DNA of 64,000 nucleotides. Source: an uncultured Armatimonadetes bacterium. GTDB lineage: Bacteria; Armatimonadota; Armatimonadia; Armatimonadales; Capsulimonadaceae. Positions 62,739 through 64,000 of this stretch are shown here, piece by piece (the stretch's first letter is position 1; every line of letters begins with the position of its first letter). The stretch lies in contig CAWIET010000003.1 of assembly GCA_963835235.1 (NCBI GenBank), positions 182,960-246,959 on the forward strand, in the 5' to 3' direction. Under the pieces are notes generated by a model. It searched no databases and had not been told where the DNA came from. It saw nothing but the letters and a program-made list of their open reading frames with translations. Made by a program: the position numbers and the translations under genes.

Positions 62739-63475
62739 CGTACCCGAAGCCCCTCGCCAGGCCGTCTTTTGAGACGCGCTTTGACCGCCGCTCCTTTGGC
62801 GAGCCTTTGCGCGCCCTGCGCGCCGTGCTCATTCAGGACGCGGGCGAACCGTTGGTGGACGTTCGCGACGCCTGCCCCGCCGTGCGCGCCCTGCCAGGCT
62901 GCCTGCCACTCCTGCGCGTCACGGTGGCTGCCATGCTCCAATCCGCCGCCCTTGCCCTGCCACACGGCCACACGCTGACCACCGGAACCTGCCTCAGAAC
63001 GCGCGCCATGCAGCGCGGAATACGCGAGCGCTTCACAAAGGAAATGACTGCCGCGCACCCGGAATGGTCACAGGCAACGCTTCAACGTATGCTCAACCGC
63101 ATGGTCGCCCCGCCTGATGACGTGTCCCCGCCGCCGCACCTCACCGGCGGGGCAGTGGACGTGGGCATTCTTGGCCCCGACGGGCAGGCATTAGACTTTT
63201 CGTCCCCCACCGAGCGCTGGGACGGCGCGGTCACGTATTGTCACCTGCTGTCCCCGGCGGCGCGGGACAATCGCCTCATGCTGATTGGCGCAATGGAGGG
63301 CGCGGGCCTCACCAATTATCTGGGCGAGTGGTGGCACTGGAGTTATGGCGATCAGGGCTGGGCCTTGCGCGTGGGCATGAATTATGCCCTGTACGACGCG
63401 GTGGAGGTGGAAAACGCCGATGCCCTGTGCGTGCCCAAGCCGGAAGAGGCAGAAGTGGCCCCCTCCCCCCAATAA
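62735..63475 (+). CDS. M15-family D-Ala-D-Ala dipeptidase-like metallopeptidase (VanX/DdpX type)
   Basis: SPPPHLTGGAVDV and EWWHWSYGDQGWA resemble the Zn-ligand motifs of M15D peptidases. The GTG start overlaps the dapF stop (GTGA). Confidence 0.65.
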   Translation: MTYPKPLARPSFETRFDRRSFGEPLRALRAVLIQDAGEPLVDVRDACPAVRALPGCLPLLRVTVAAMLQSAALALPHGHTLTTGTCLRTRAMQRGIRERFTKEMTAAHPEWSQATLQRMLNRMVAPPDDVSPPPHLTGGAVDVGILGPDGQALDFSSPTERWDGAVTYCHLLSPAARDNRLMLIGAMEGAGLTNYLGEWWHWSYGDQGWALRVGMNYALYDAVEVENADALCVPKPEEAEVAPSPQ

Positions 63476-63490
63476 TGGGAAGCAGAAAAA

Positions 63491-63515
63491 GAGCGCGGGG
63501 TTTAAACCCCTCGCT
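63491..63515. terminator. hairpin between convergent genes
   Basis: GCGCGGGGTTTAAACCCCTCGC, a palindrome around TTTAAA, preceded by GAAAAAGA. Confidence 0.5.
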
Positions 63516-63545
63516 GGGCTATTCGCATTTCAGTTGTTCTGCGTT

Positions 63546-64000
63546 TCACTTGCCGAGGCAGAAGCGTGAAAAAAGGGCATGGACAACTTCTTCCGGCGCG
63601 CTTTCCCCGGTGATGCGTCCTAAAGCGTCCAGTGCGCCTGCCATATCCACAGCGGCGAAGTCGGCGGGCTGACCGTTCGCAACAGACTGCCGCGCCTCTG
63701 ACAGCGCGCGGCGGGCATCTTCCAGCGCGGCGCGATGGCGGACATGGGTGACAACTGTGCCGTTCTCCGCGAGCAGAGCCGCACCGCCTTCTAAAGCGTC
63801 GGCCAGCGCGTCTTCCAGCGTGCTCACGTTCCACCCCGTCGCGGCAGACAGCGGGATGCCGTCCGGCGGCTGCGCGGCCCGTTCCCCTGTCACCAAGTCC
63901 CACTTGTTCCAGACCAATAAATGGGGGCGGGTTAGCTCAACACGCAGGGCCGCGTCTTCCGCCGTCTCGCCTGCGGAAGCATCTAAAACGAGCAGCACCA
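63546..64000 (-). CDS. mnmE: tRNA modification GTPase MnmE, C-terminal part (5' end outside the window)
   Basis: G-domain remnants (VWNKWDL) and the diagnostic C-terminal FCLGK tetrapeptide region. Confidence 0.8.
   Translation of the reverse strand, partial: VLLVLDASAGETAEDAALRVELTRPHLLVWNKWDLVTGERAAQPPDGIPLSAATGWNVSTLEDALADALEGGAALLAENGTVVTHVRHRAALEDARRALSEARQSVANGQPADFAAVDMAGALDALGRITGESAPEEVVHALFSRFCLGK

Overview
High-GC bacterial chromosomal window (lines counted by hand give about 60-68% GC, with a few 38-50% troughs). It contains the replication-origin neighbourhood. dnaA (22059-24854, minus strand) is interrupted in its Walker-A loop by a 376-aa LAGLIDADG intein. A 740-bp non-coding gap separates dnaA from recF and holds three repeat systems. 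The first is 12 copies of a GAGTCAC-core 9-mer. The second is an exactly 10-bp-phased AAGT array. The third is a set of TTGTC-type boxes, one of them a perfect TTGTCCACA. A TAG/TAA trinucleotide run lies beside an AT-rich patch. dnaN is absent, and a DUF721 (DciA-type) gene and mnmE lie nearby. The largest block (29.3-54.8 kb, all minus strand, about 25 genes) is an ABC-transporter-dependent glycan locus. It is built around a legionaminic-acid-type nonulosonic-acid (NulO) pathway (neuA/neuB/neuC, LegB/LegC-like, CBS-nucleotidyltransferase, SDR, Gfo/Idh/MocA). It also carries unusual tailoring genes: sulfotransferase, FemAB-like, methyltransferases and a PhyH-like dioxygenase. The left end holds a decayed mobile-element remnant beside tRNA-His: a truncated IS1, a Pol III alpha/DnaE2-like fragment and an integrase fragment, with three in-frame TAG codons. 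Other content is a cyclase-STAND-TPR protein followed by two small secreted paralogs, split comEC, and housekeeping genes (tpx, aroQ, rpiA, pheA, dapF, pepP-like). dapF carries an in-frame copy of a GC-rich palindromic repeat that also occurs next to dnaA. At least six genes are broken by single-base frameshifts, several at homopolymers. Assembly error must be excluded before calling these pseudogenes. All functional calls rest on motif recognition by eye, and no searches were run.
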